Assembly (NCBI GenBank): GCA_044222475.1
Contig: JBGANF010000148.1
Span: 1-18,401, forward strand
Source: Polyangiaceae bacterium
GTDB lineage: Bacteria > Myxococcota_A > Polyangia > Polyangiales > Polyangiaceae
Direction: 5' to 3'
DNA length: 18,401 nucleotides
Shown: in pieces, positions 1-8,026 of the stretch
Position numbering within the stretch: the first letter of the stretch is position 1
Layout: every line of letters starts with the position of its first letter
Made by a program: the position numbers and the translations under genes
Notes under the pieces: model-generated
The model's input: only the letters and a program-made list of their open reading frames with translations
Told to the model about the DNA's origin: nothing
The model's database searches: none

Positions 1-226
1 CGGGCGCACCTTCCTGGTCGCCGAAGCAACCGCGCAACGTCGGGCCTTCGTAGAGCGACACGTAGGGAGTGCCGTTCGGAGCGCGCTTCGGTGGAGGTGG
101 CCACCGCTGCAGAGTGCGCTGCCAGCGAAGTCGCGCCCTCACGTCGCCCGCGATCGACGCGATCGCTCGTTCGTCGAGCGGCGCCGCGAGGCTGCCGGGG
201 ACGAGTTTCACCGGGGAACGCGGCAT
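1..226 (-). CDS. AMMECR1-domain-like protein, 5' part only (runs off left edge)
   Basis: Not in the ORF track. Manual translation from ATG at 226 is open to the window edge: MPRSPVKLVPGSLAAPLDERAIASIAGDVRARLRWQRTLQRWPPPPKRAPNGTPYVSLYEGPTLRGCFGDQEGAP. YVSLY..xLRGCFG matches the AMMECR1 FVTL..G.LRGCIG signature. Alternative GTG start at 232. Confidence 0.6.
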   Translation of the reverse strand, partial: MPRSPVKLVPGSLAAPLDERAIASIAGDVRARLRWQRTLQRWPPPPKRAPNGTPYVSLYEGPTLRGCFGDQEGAP

Positions 227-323
227 GTCCACATGTCGCGCAGCATACGAGCCCGTCGTGTTCGAAACGAGCCTCGAAACCGACCTTCCATCGACTACTT
301 GCGGCTCACGAAATGGCCTGCGG

Positions 324-337
324 TTGATCACGATCAA
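324..337. promoter_or_regulatory. FNR-family binding site (TTGAT-CACG-ATCAA)
   Basis: 10/10 match to TTGAT-N4-ATCAA, in the divergent intergenic region between the AMMECR1-like gene and the radical SAM unit. Confidence 0.8.
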
Positions 338-391
338 GCGGCGGCGGATTGCGCGCGTGCGGGGGCGCTCAGATCGGCTACCCAGTCGCGG

Positions 392-631
392 ATGTCCGGA
401 AAGCCGACCGAACGGGACCTTGGGATGTCTGGTTGCAACGAGGAGGAGAGGCGCGGCGGCGCGCCGACCGCAAGCAGACACGGACCCGCGGCGCCCTCCA
501 CCGAGAGACAACCGGGGCCCGACTTGAAACGCTGCGTTCGGCCACGACGCTCGCCGTGCCCAGGCGCGTGCGACGGGAGCCCGTGCCTCGAGCCCGACGC
601 GGATGACGTCACCATGGGTCAGGTCCGATGA
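392..631 (+). CDS. putative small Cys-rich protein (79 aa from ATG 392, or 68 aa from ATG 425)
   Basis: 3' part of track ORF 233..631. Its TGA (629-631) overlaps the radical SAM ATG (628-630) as ATGA. C-terminal KRCVRPRRSPCPGACDGSPC. No recognised family; could be non-coding leader. Confidence 0.35.
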   Translation: MSGKPTERDLGMSGCNEEERRGGAPTASRHGPAAPSTERQPGPDLKRCVRPRRSPCPGACDGSPCLEPDADDVTMGQVR

Positions 632-1875
632 CCGCGCCCATCGATCACCGCGCGCTCTATCGCCTCCCGTGGAACCTCGCGGACAACCCGATCGCATGGC
701 TGGAGCCGACTCAGTCTTGCAACCTCGCTTGCGACGGCTGCTACCGGCAGAACATCAAGCAGCACAAGTCCATGGAAGAGGTCGAGAGCGATCTCGACGT
801 GTTTGCGAAGCTACGCAACGTCGATGGCGTATCGATTGCGGGTGGCGATCCGCTCACGCATCCCGAGGTGGTCGAGATCGTCCGCCGCGTCACCGCGCGC
901 GGACGAAAGGCAATCATCAATACGAACGGTCTTGCGCTCACACGGGAGATGCTTCTCGATCTCAAGCGAGCGGGGCTCGTCGGCCTCACGTTCCACGTCG
1001 ACTCCCGCCAGGGTCGCCCTGGCTGGCGAGACAAGACCGAAACGCAGATGAACGAGCTGCGCAGCACGTACGTCGACCTCGTGAGCAGCGTGGGTGGATT
1101 GGCGCTGGCCTTCAACTCCACCGTCTACGAAGAGACCTTGCACGAGGTGCCCGCGCTGGTCGCGTGGGCCGGACGCAACATCGACAAGGTTCACACGATG
1201 GTCTTCATCGCGTACCGCGCGGCCGTGCTCGAGGCCTTCGACTACTACGCGCACGGCGAGAAGGTCGACGTGAACCGCCTCGTCTACTCGCTCGACGCTC
1301 CGCGCAAGACGGACATCAGCGCGCGCGATGTGGCGGCACGAATCAAGGAGGCGTGCCCCGACTTCGAGCCATGCGCCTACCTCAACGGGACGCACCAGGC
1401 CGACTCGTTCAAGTGGCTCATCGGGATGCGCATCGGGTCCAAGGAGCGCACGCTCGGATGGGTCGGCGCCAAGTTCATGGAGGCGACGCAGGTCGGCTAC
1501 CACCTGGCGAGCGGACGCTACCTCAGTTACGCCCCGGCGAAGACGCTCCGAACGGGGCGGGCGGTCATGGCGTCGTCGTGGCCGTTCGACAAGGGGGTAC
1601 GGCAGGCGGCGAAGAACGCGCTCCGGCATCCGCTCTCGTTCCTACGAACACAGCACCTGCAGACGATCGTGATGATCCAACCGATCGACGTGGCCGAGGA
1701 TGGCACGCAGAACATGTGTGACGGGTGCCCCGACATGACCGTGCACGACGGCAAGCTCGTATGGTCGTGTCGCCTCGAGGAACCGCGCACGTTCGGGACG
1801 TTCGTCCAGAGCGTCCCGAAGGACGTCAGACCAGCGAAGAACGTTGGGGGAGTCGCGCCGGTCCCAACCAGGTAA
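628..1875 (+). CDS. radical SAM protein with C-terminal auxiliary Cys motif
   Basis: CNLACDGC (CxxxCxxC), AGGDPLTHP (GGE-like motif), INTNG, C-terminal MCDGCPD...DGKLVWSC; 415 aa with strong GC3 bias. Confidence 0.92.
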   Translation: MTAPIDHRALYRLPWNLADNPIAWLEPTQSCNLACDGCYRQNIKQHKSMEEVESDLDVFAKLRNVDGVSIAGGDPLTHPEVVEIVRRVTARGRKAIINTNGLALTREMLLDLKRAGLVGLTFHVDSRQGRPGWRDKTETQMNELRSTYVDLVSSVGGLALAFNSTVYEETLHEVPALVAWAGRNIDKVHTMVFIAYRAAVLEAFDYYAHGEKVDVNRLVYSLDAPRKTDISARDVAARIKEACPDFEPCAYLNGTHQADSFKWLIGMRIGSKERTLGWVGAKFMEATQVGYHLASGRYLSYAPAKTLRTGRAVMASSWPFDKGVRQAAKNALRHPLSFLRTQHLQTIVMIQPIDVAEDGTQNMCDGCPDMTVHDGKLVWSCRLEEPRTFGTFVQSVPKDVRPAKNVGGVAPVPTR

Positions 1876-1907
1876 CCGCGGTCGCGCCACGTCGCGTGCG
1901 TCATGCG

Positions 1908-3275
1908 TCAACGTCCTCGCATCCTCGATGGAACGAGCGGCTGCGTCCGTGCGGCCTTCACGCCTCCGCTCCGCAAGAACGGACTCGAGGTATCGAAGCT
2001 CGGCGGTCCAACGCGGAGGTGGTCATCGGCGCGCTCCCACGAGCGAACGCCGAAGTTCGTGCGCCGAACGTGGTCTCCCAGAAAGCGGTGCTTGTTCACG
2101 CTCTCGATGCGCCGGTACAGCCAGTGGAGCCCCGGCCTCATGCGATACTGGTACTGCCAGGTCTGGAAGAAATTGAGAAAGTACAAGGATGCCGCGCGGA
2201 GCGCGCTCGATCCCAACCCGCCGATTCGAGGATTCGCGAGCGCCCAGCGAGCGCGCTCGAGGGCTCGTCGCGGCGAGTAATACTGGAGAGCCAGCCAACG
2301 GATCCCGTCGCGAAGCTGAGCCGTGGTCATCTGCTTCGGGCGAACGACGACGCCGTCGCCTCCGGTGTAGTCGTCGTAGTTGCGGCTGGCGATTCGACCC
2401 TCGCGCTCGTACCGGCGAAACGACGGCGTACCGGGGAACGGGATCTCCGACGTGATCGCACAGTGAAGGAGCTTCGATCCGAGGATGAAGTCGAGGGTCT
2501 CTTCGAAGATCGAGGGAGTGTCCCAGTCGAATCCGAAAACCCAGTTCCCCGACGGGAGAATGCCCTCGTCGAAGATGGCGTCGATCTGCGCGCCGTACTG
2601 CTCCGCCAGCGCCCGCTTTCCGACGTTCGCGACGAGGTTGTCGTCCACGAAGTACATCGACTTCACGAACGCAGGGCGCCTCCTCACCTGCTCGATGACG
2701 TGGGCGATCGGATAGGTGCGGTAGCCGTTGGTCATGCGCTTCGCGAAGCAGAAGGAGCACGCCTCGGGGCAACCGCGGCTGGCGATCACGGGGAACGTGT
2801 AAGGGTTGTAGCGCTCGATCTTCATGAGATCGATTCGCGGTTGGGGAAGCGTCGTCGGGTCCGGCGCGGGCTCTCGGTAGATCCCCCCGACGCGTGACGG
2901 GTTGCCCAGTAGATCCTCGCAGATGCGCTGCCACGCGCTCTCGCCCTCGCCGCACACGACGGCGTCGGCGTGCTCGAGCGCCTCCTCAGGGAGCGCTGTC
3001 GCGTGATGACCACCGATCACGACCTTCACGCCGCGTGCGCGATACCGATCCGCGAGCGCGTACGCCGCGTTGATGCGTGGAGTCGACGCCGTGATGCCCA
3101 CCAAGTCGACGTCCTCATCGAAGAACAACCGCTCGCGCAGGAGGTCGACGATCGCGATGTCGAACTGAGCCGGCGTCACCGCGGCAAGCGACGCGAGCGA
3201 GAGGGTGGGAACCTCGAGCTCCCACGGCAGCGTGATGAGCTTCAGTCGCCGCCGGCGTAGGCGCGCGTTGCTCAC
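1908..3275 (-). CDS. B12-binding-domain radical SAM protein (class B methyltransferase-like), apparently with an internal in-frame deletion
   Basis: N-terminal cobalamin-binding motifs (DLVGITA, VVIGGHHAT..PEE, AVVCGEGE), SRGCPEACSFC, FVDDNL, GNWVFGFDWDT, PFPGTP. GTG 3275 is preferred over ATG 3338 because the latter lies inside an FNR-like site and its N-terminal extension is low complexity. Confidence 0.88.
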   Translation of the reverse strand: MSNARLRRRRLKLITLPWELEVPTLSLASLAAVTPAQFDIAIVDLLRERLFFDEDVDLVGITASTPRINAAYALADRYRARGVKVVIGGHHATALPEEALEHADAVVCGEGESAWQRICEDLLGNPSRVGGIYREPAPDPTTLPQPRIDLMKIERYNPYTFPVIASRGCPEACSFCFAKRMTNGYRTYPIAHVIEQVRRRPAFVKSMYFVDDNLVANVGKRALAEQYGAQIDAIFDEGILPSGNWVFGFDWDTPSIFEETLDFILGSKLLHCAITSEIPFPGTPSFRRYEREGRIASRNYDDYTGGDGVVVRPKQMTTAQLRDGIRWLALQYYSPRRALERARWALANPRIGGLGSSALRAASLYFLNFFQTWQYQYRMRPGLHWLYRRIESVNKHRFLGDHVRRTNFGVRSWERADDHLRVGPPSFDTSSPFLRSGGVKAARTQPLVPSRMRGR

Positions 3276-3331
3276 CGCAGTCGCTCTCTGTCGCTCACGG
3301 CTCAGCGTCGCACCGAGCCGGTGGGAGCTCG

Positions 3332-3345
3332 ATGACATCCGTCAA
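3332..3345 (-). promoter_or_regulatory. FNR/Dnr-like site variant (TTGAC-GGAT-GTCAT on minus strand)
   Basis: 9/10 match to the TTGAC-N4-GTCAA variant, 7/10 to TTGAT-N4-ATCAA; in the short gap between nirK and the B12 radical SAM gene, about 60 bp upstream of GTG 3275. Confidence 0.5.
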
Positions 3346-3365
3346 GTCGTCCATCGTTCGTGGGC

Positions 3366-4454
3366 TCAATGGCCCATTGGGTCGGTGTTCAGCGCCGGCG
3401 GATCGTAAAGGTCGAGGGGCCACGAGCCGCTGGGGTCGGCACCGGTCGGGGCGCGGGTCGGTTCGACGTGGATGAGCGCAAGTGCCCCGCGCGGGACGCG
3501 AAACAGCGCATGATCGACGAGCGAGTAAACGCCGGGGACGTCCGCCGCGAACTCGACGACCGTCGCGGAGCCGGGCGGCACCGAGACGGTCTCCTCGTTG
3601 CGAAGGGCGTCGTCGGGATGACCGCCGTAGACGCGATCGAAGATCGTTCCGATGACGTGCAGGCTCGATGTCGCGTTCGGGCCGCCGTTGACGAAGAACA
3701 CGCGGACCTTGTCGCCTTGCATCACCGTCATCGCCTGGGCGAGAGGCCCGGTGCTGAGCGCGCCCGTGTGGCCGTTGAAGGTGAAGAAGTCGGGCCGCTC
3801 GGCGGTGGCCTTGCTCGTGTCGAGCCCCAGGGTCGGCGCCGGATCCTTCGCGTGCTCGCGCTCTTCCTCTCCGGGATCGCCGACGTACCACTCGCTCTGG
3901 CCCACGTAGAGCTCGCGATACCCGGGCGCGAGCCCTCCCGGTGGATCGACCTGGATCAGGCCGAACATCCCGTGCGCGACGTGCTCCCACGGCATCCCCT
4001 CGCCCGCGCAGTGGTAGATGTACGCGCCGCGCCGGGTGGCGCGGAAGTGAAACGTCTTCTTCTCGCCCGGCTCCACGTTGGTGACGGGCGCGCCGCCACC
4101 CGGGCCGAGCGCGGCGTGGAAGTCGAGGTTGTGCGGGTCGCCGTTCGAGAGCGCGTTCTCGATGGAGACCTCGACCATGTCGCCTTCCATCACGCGGATG
4201 AGCGGGCCCGGCACCGTGCCGTTGAAGGTCCAGAACGGGAACGTCTTTCCCGGAGTGAGCTCGGCCACGATCTCCTTGGCCACCAGGTCGACGTGGACGA
4301 TCCCCGGCGTCGCGCGCGACATCGGCGGCGGGACCTCGCGAGGATCCTTGATCACCGACCCTCCGACCGGCGCGGCCGTGCTCTGACACGCATACGGAGA
4401 GGCCATGAGCGCCCCGGCGAGGAGCGCCAGAAACCATCGAGTCACCTTCTTCAT
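3366..4454 (-). CDS. nirK: copper-containing nitrite reductase (AniA-like, possible lipoprotein)
   Basis: All canonical ligands present: PHNLDFHAA (type 1 His, catalytic Asp, type 2 His), YHCAGEGMPWEHVAHGM (His-Cys...His...Met), SSLHVIG (catalytic His), SLVDHA (type 2 His). Start ATG 4454 with GGAGA RBS and signal peptide MKKVTRWFLALLAGALMASPYA-C; 362 aa. Confidence 0.93.
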   Translation of the reverse strand: MKKVTRWFLALLAGALMASPYACQSTAAPVGGSVIKDPREVPPPMSRATPGIVHVDLVAKEIVAELTPGKTFPFWTFNGTVPGPLIRVMEGDMVEVSIENALSNGDPHNLDFHAALGPGGGAPVTNVEPGEKKTFHFRATRRGAYIYHCAGEGMPWEHVAHGMFGLIQVDPPGGLAPGYRELYVGQSEWYVGDPGEEEREHAKDPAPTLGLDTSKATAERPDFFTFNGHTGALSTGPLAQAMTVMQGDKVRVFFVNGGPNATSSLHVIGTIFDRVYGGHPDDALRNEETVSVPPGSATVVEFAADVPGVYSLVDHALFRVPRGALALIHVEPTRAPTGADPSGSWPLDLYDPPALNTDPMGH

Positions 4455-4465
4455 CGCGTCTCCGA

Positions 4466-5263
4466 TCAGATGTGGAACGAGAAGAGCAGCCGTACTTGGT
4501 ACTGCTCGTGGTTTTCGCAGACGAAGATGTCGCGCTTCGCGCCCGATTGGAGACCGCCGATCTGGCGCGACGCGTGGAGCGCGGCCCACCACCACGACGT
4601 GGCGTACGATACGGTCGGACCGAGATAGAAGACGGTGCTCTCCCAGGTCGCGCCGCCGAGCTCCGTCTCGCCGCGCGCCTCGGCGCCCACGCCCAAATTG
4701 GGCGTGACGAAGTAGGCGCCGCCCAAGGTCGCAAAGAGCTCCGTCTCCTGCTTGGTCTCGGACGCGCCGAAGCGCCACTCGTGCTCGGCGACGACGTTCG
4801 CGGCGAAGAGCGCGCGACCGATGCGCTTGTCGAAGATGAGCTTTCCCTCCAGCTCGATGCTGTCGGCCGATGCGTTCAGCTCGAAGTACGGCGCGAAGCC
4901 GAGCACGTCGCTGATCGGATCGAGGAGCTGTAGCTTCCATTCGGACGATACGCCGCGGAAGTCGAAGCGGGTGGTGCGCACGCCGAGGGCGTCGTCGGCC
5001 GCCGAGGTCGCGAAGTTCAGGTAGAACGCCGTTTGGAGCTTGCCGACGACCCCCACCTCGAACTCGACGCGATGATCGAACGACGAGTAGAAGCGCTCGC
5101 GCTTACCGCGCCAGGTCGTCCACACCTCGAGCTCGCGCGCGCCCGGTGGGAGAACGGTGCTCTCGTAGCTGTAGGCGAAGTGCCGTTCGCTGGCGTGCGC
5201 CGGGACCACCCCGGTGATGAGGAGGAGGGTGACCGTCGCGAGCGCGAGGAGCTGGGCCTTCAC
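4466..5263 (-). CDS. secreted outer-membrane beta-barrel protein (resembles DUF6662 family)
   Basis: Signal peptide ending AHA, alternating amphipathic strands, C-terminal strand YQVRLLFSFHI. N-terminal FAYSYESTVLPPGARELEVWTTWR resembles DUF6662 proteins (from recall). 11 bp from the nirK start, so probably co-transcribed. Confidence 0.75.
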   Translation of the reverse strand: MKAQLLALATVTLLLITGVVPAHASERHFAYSYESTVLPPGARELEVWTTWRGKRERFYSSFDHRVEFEVGVVGKLQTAFYLNFATSAADDALGVRTTRFDFRGVSSEWKLQLLDPISDVLGFAPYFELNASADSIELEGKLIFDKRIGRALFAANVVAEHEWRFGASETKQETELFATLGGAYFVTPNLGVGAEARGETELGGATWESTVFYLGPTVSYATSWWWAALHASRQIGGLQSGAKRDIFVCENHEQYQVRLLFSFHI

Positions 5264-5292
5264 ACCGCAGTGATAGAGGGCGGTAGCTTATT

Positions 5293-5311
5293 GAAAATGA
5301 CTTTCGTTATC
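5293..5311. promoter_or_regulatory. Fur-box-like operator (GAAAATGACTTTCGTTATC)
   Basis: 14-15/19 identity to GATAATGAT(A/T)ATCATTATC, AT-rich within very GC-rich DNA; lies between the FNR box and a plausible -10 (TAAGCT, minus strand 5290-5285). Confidence 0.65.
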
Positions 5312-5315
5312 AGAT

Positions 5316-5329
5316 TTGATGGCGATCAA
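5316..5329. promoter_or_regulatory. FNR-family binding site (TTGAT-GGCG-ATCAA)
   Basis: 10/10 consensus match upstream of the barrel-nirK operon, centred about 42-44 bp from the inferred TSS (class II geometry); overlaps the TetR stop codon. Confidence 0.85.
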
Positions 5330-5949
5330 GTCTTGGCGGCCTTCTGCGGGCGGGGCCGGAGCCCTTCGAAGACCAGATCCGCGAGCGACTGCGCGAGCTC
5401 CTCGCCTTGCGGGAGCGAGGCGAACGGCTCGCGTTCTCCCATCAGACGACGCACGACCTGGGGACCGATCCCCACTGCGATCGTGACCATCATCAGAGCC
5501 GGCAGTGGGTGGGCCGTCACCTCGCCGCGCGCCACACCTTCGGCCAGCGCCTCGAGCAGTAGCGGCATGTGCCCACGGGAGAAGCGCTCGAGAATGCGCG
5601 TGCGCCGATCGGACGACACCAGAGCCTCGCGCACGATGAGGCGAATGACATCGAGCTCGTCTTCGGAGGCGACGGCGATGCGCGCGTAGAGCGCGCGCAG
5701 GCGGCCCTCCGTCGTCGAGGCCGACCCAAGGACGCTCGAGAGATCGGCGAGGAGCTTGCCGTACACCTGCTCGATCACGCCCAGGAAGAGGTCGTCCTTC
5801 GTGGGAAAGTAGTAGTAGACCATCCCGATGCTCGTCCGCGCGCGCCGGGCGATGTTGCGGAGCGAAGCGCCATCGACGCCGTGACGGAGAAAGAGCACGC
5901 GAGCGGCGCGAACGATCCGCTCGTCGATGTTTCCGCGCGGGCGTGCCAT
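5326..5949 (-). CDS. TetR/AcrR family transcriptional regulator
   Basis: N-terminal HTH: IVRAARVLFLRHGVDGASLRNIARRARTSIGMVYYYFPTKDDL; TGATG overlap with the permease gene. Confidence 0.93.
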   Translation of the reverse strand: MARPRGNIDERIVRAARVLFLRHGVDGASLRNIARRARTSIGMVYYYFPTKDDLFLGVIEQVYGKLLADLSSVLGSASTTEGRLRALYARIAVASEDELDVIRLIVREALVSSDRRTRILERFSRGHMPLLLEALAEGVARGEVTAHPLPALMMVTIAVGIGPQVVRRLMGEREPFASLPQGEELAQSLADLVFEGLRPRPQKAAKT

Positions 5950-7073
5950 CAGGCGAGCTTCTTCGTGAGGCGCGAGCCCGCCAGGATGACGAGGACGGCG
6001 AGGATGACGGCCATCTGTCCGACCTCGGAGCCGACGTCCGGACCTCCGCTACCCTTCAACGTGATCCCGCGTACGACCCTCAAGAAATGGGTGAGCGGAA
6101 GCCCGGTGGCGATCACCTGGGCGAACTTCGGCATGCCTTCGAAGGGAAACATGAACCCCGAGAGGAGGATGTTCGGCAAGAGGAAGAAGAAGGAGGCCTG
6201 CATGGCTTGCTGCTGCGTCTTGACCAAGGTGGAGAAGAGGAGCCCGAGCGCCAGGTTCGCGGCGATGAACACCAGCGCCACGGCGTAGAGGAGCCACACC
6301 TCGCCCACGAACGGCACGTCGAACACGACTCTGCCTGCGACCAAGATGAGCGTCATCTGGACGTAGCCGATGAGCACGTACGGCACGATCTTGCCGACGA
6401 CGATCTCGCCACGCGTCACCGGAGACACGAGTAGCTGCTCCATCGTTCCGCGTTCGCGCTCGCGCGCGATGGCCATCGCCGTCAGCATCACCATCGTCAT
6501 CGTGAGGAGTACGCCGACCAAGCCCGGGACGACGAAGACCGCCGTGCGGAGGTCTGGATTGTACCACGTCACGGGCTCGACCTGGAGCGGTGGCTTCGCC
6601 GTCGCGCCGTTAGCCGGTAGCCGGCGCACCATCAGCGCCGACGAGCGCGCCGCCACCAGCGACACGGCGGTGTTGGTGGCGCTGGCGACGGTCTGCGGGT
6701 CCGAGCCGTCGACGACGAGCTGCACCTCCGTCGGTCGGCCCGAGGTCAGATCGGAGGCGAAATGTCCCGGGATCACGAGCGCGCAGCGCGCTGCTCCCGC
6801 GCGAACCGCGTGCTCCATCGCGTCGTAGTCGTCGACCTCGCCGACGACGTCGTAGAAGCCCGTCGCCTCGAGGCTGCGCGCGAGGTCGCGCGACTCGGGC
6901 GTCTTGTCCTGATCGTAGACGACCGTAGCGACGTGCCGGACGTCGGTGTTGATCGCGTAGCCGAAGAGCAGGAGCTGCACCAGCGGAAGCACGATCATCA
7001 TCGCGACCGTGAGGCGATCGCGCCGCAGTTGCTGCAGCTCCTTCCAGGCCACGACGAAGACGCGAAGGGTCAT
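5949..7073 (-). CDS. ABC-2 type transporter permease (YbhS/YbhR-like)
   Basis: KELQQLRRD, LLFGYAINTDV, WYNPDL, ARERERGTMEQLLVSP, LLSGFMFP motifs; true start ATG 7073 (ATGA overlap with ATPase stop), 374 aa. Confidence 0.92.
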   Translation of the reverse strand: MTLRVFVVAWKELQQLRRDRLTVAMMIVLPLVQLLLFGYAINTDVRHVATVVYDQDKTPESRDLARSLEATGFYDVVGEVDDYDAMEHAVRAGAARCALVIPGHFASDLTSGRPTEVQLVVDGSDPQTVASATNTAVSLVAARSSALMVRRLPANGATAKPPLQVEPVTWYNPDLRTAVFVVPGLVGVLLTMTMVMLTAMAIARERERGTMEQLLVSPVTRGEIVVGKIVPYVLIGYVQMTLILVAGRVVFDVPFVGEVWLLYAVALVFIAANLALGLLFSTLVKTQQQAMQASFFFLLPNILLSGFMFPFEGMPKFAQVIATGLPLTHFLRVVRGITLKGSGGPDVGSEVGQMAVILAVLVILAGSRLTKKLA

Positions 7074-8026
7074 GCGACCTCCCTCTTCACCAAGGAGACG
7101 AACGCGTCCTCCACCGTGGCGAGGCCCGTGCGGAGCGAGAGGTCCGCGTGTCCGACCTCTGCGAGCGCGGCCTTCACGATCGGCTCGGCCGAAACGCCCA
7201 CCCGAACCGCCACCCGAAGGCGATGACCGTGACGCGCCACCTCCTCGACGTCGGCGTGCGCACGGAGGACGCGCTCGATCTCGGCTGCACCATCGCCGGG
7301 CTCGAGCTCCACGATCGTGGGCGCGCGCCGTTCGACGATCTCCGGCGGCGTGCCGACGTCGAGGACGCGCCCTCCCATGACGAAGGCGATCCGGTGACAC
7401 CGCTCGGCCTCGTCCATGTAGTGCGTCGTGACGATCAGCGTGGTCCCTTGGCCCGCGATGTCGTGGATGCGCTCCCAGAACTCGCGCCGGCTGACCGGAT
7501 CGACGCCCGCCGTCGGCTCGTCGAGAAAGAGGAGCGGCGGATCGTGGATCGTCGCGCTCGCCAGGCCGACGCGCTGCTTCCAGCCACCCGAGAGCGTCGC
7601 GACGAGCTGCTTCCTCCGCGACGAGAGCCCTGAACGCTCCAGAGCGTCTCGCACGCGCGCGCGGAGTCGCATCCACGGAATGCCGTAGATTCCTGCGTAG
7701 AACGTCAGGTTCTCCTCGACGGTGAGATCCTCGTAGAGGCTGAAGCGCTGGGTCATGTAACCGATCCGTGTCTTGATGCGCTCGGCATCCCGCCGAAGAT
7801 CGAAGCCCGCGACCGTGGCGTCGCCGTCGGTCGGATCGAGCAAGCCGCAGAGCATGCGGATCGTCGTCGACTTACCGGCGCCGTTGGGCCCGAGGATGGC
7901 GAACACCTCCCCCTTGTGGATCGCAAGCGACACGTCGCGCACGGCCCACAGGTCGCCGAAGCGCCGCGACAGCCCGCGCGCCTCGACGATGAGCTCGCCT
8001 GCTGGGGCGGAGGCCACCGCCGTCAC
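7070..8026 (-). CDS. ABC transporter ATP-binding protein (YbhF-like, single NBD)
   Basis: Walker A GPNGAGKST, signature LSGGWKQR, Walker B LLFLDEPT, H-loop TTHYMDEA. Confidence 0.95.
   Translation of the reverse strand: MTAVASAPAGELIVEARGLSRRFGDLWAVRDVSLAIHKGEVFAILGPNGAGKSTTIRMLCGLLDPTDGDATVAGFDLRRDAERIKTRIGYMTQRFSLYEDLTVEENLTFYAGIYGIPWMRLRARVRDALERSGLSSRRKQLVATLSGGWKQRVGLASATIHDPPLLFLDEPTAGVDPVSRREFWERIHDIAGQGTTLIVTTHYMDEAERCHRIAFVMGGRVLDVGTPPEIVERRAPTIVELEPGDGAAEIERVLRAHADVEEVARHGHRLRVAVRVGVSAEPIVKAALAEVGHADLSLRTGLATVEDAFVSLVKREVA

Noticed and set aside
338..627. Cobalamin or other riboswitch in the long leader of the radical SAM gene
   Set aside because: No B12-box or other recognisable aptamer consensus seen by eye; an Infernal/Rfam scan would be needed to exclude it fully.
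1876..1907. Rho-independent terminators between convergent genes (also 11122-11153)
   Set aside because: No convincing stem followed by a U-tract on either strand.
4455..4940. N-terminal extension of nirK (ORF 3366..4940)
   Set aside because: It overlaps the barrel gene in another frame; ATG 4454 has an RBS and a signal peptide.
7074..7676. N-terminal extension of the permease (ORF 5949..7676)
   Set aside because: It overlaps the ATPase out of frame; the true start is the ATGA overlap at 7073.
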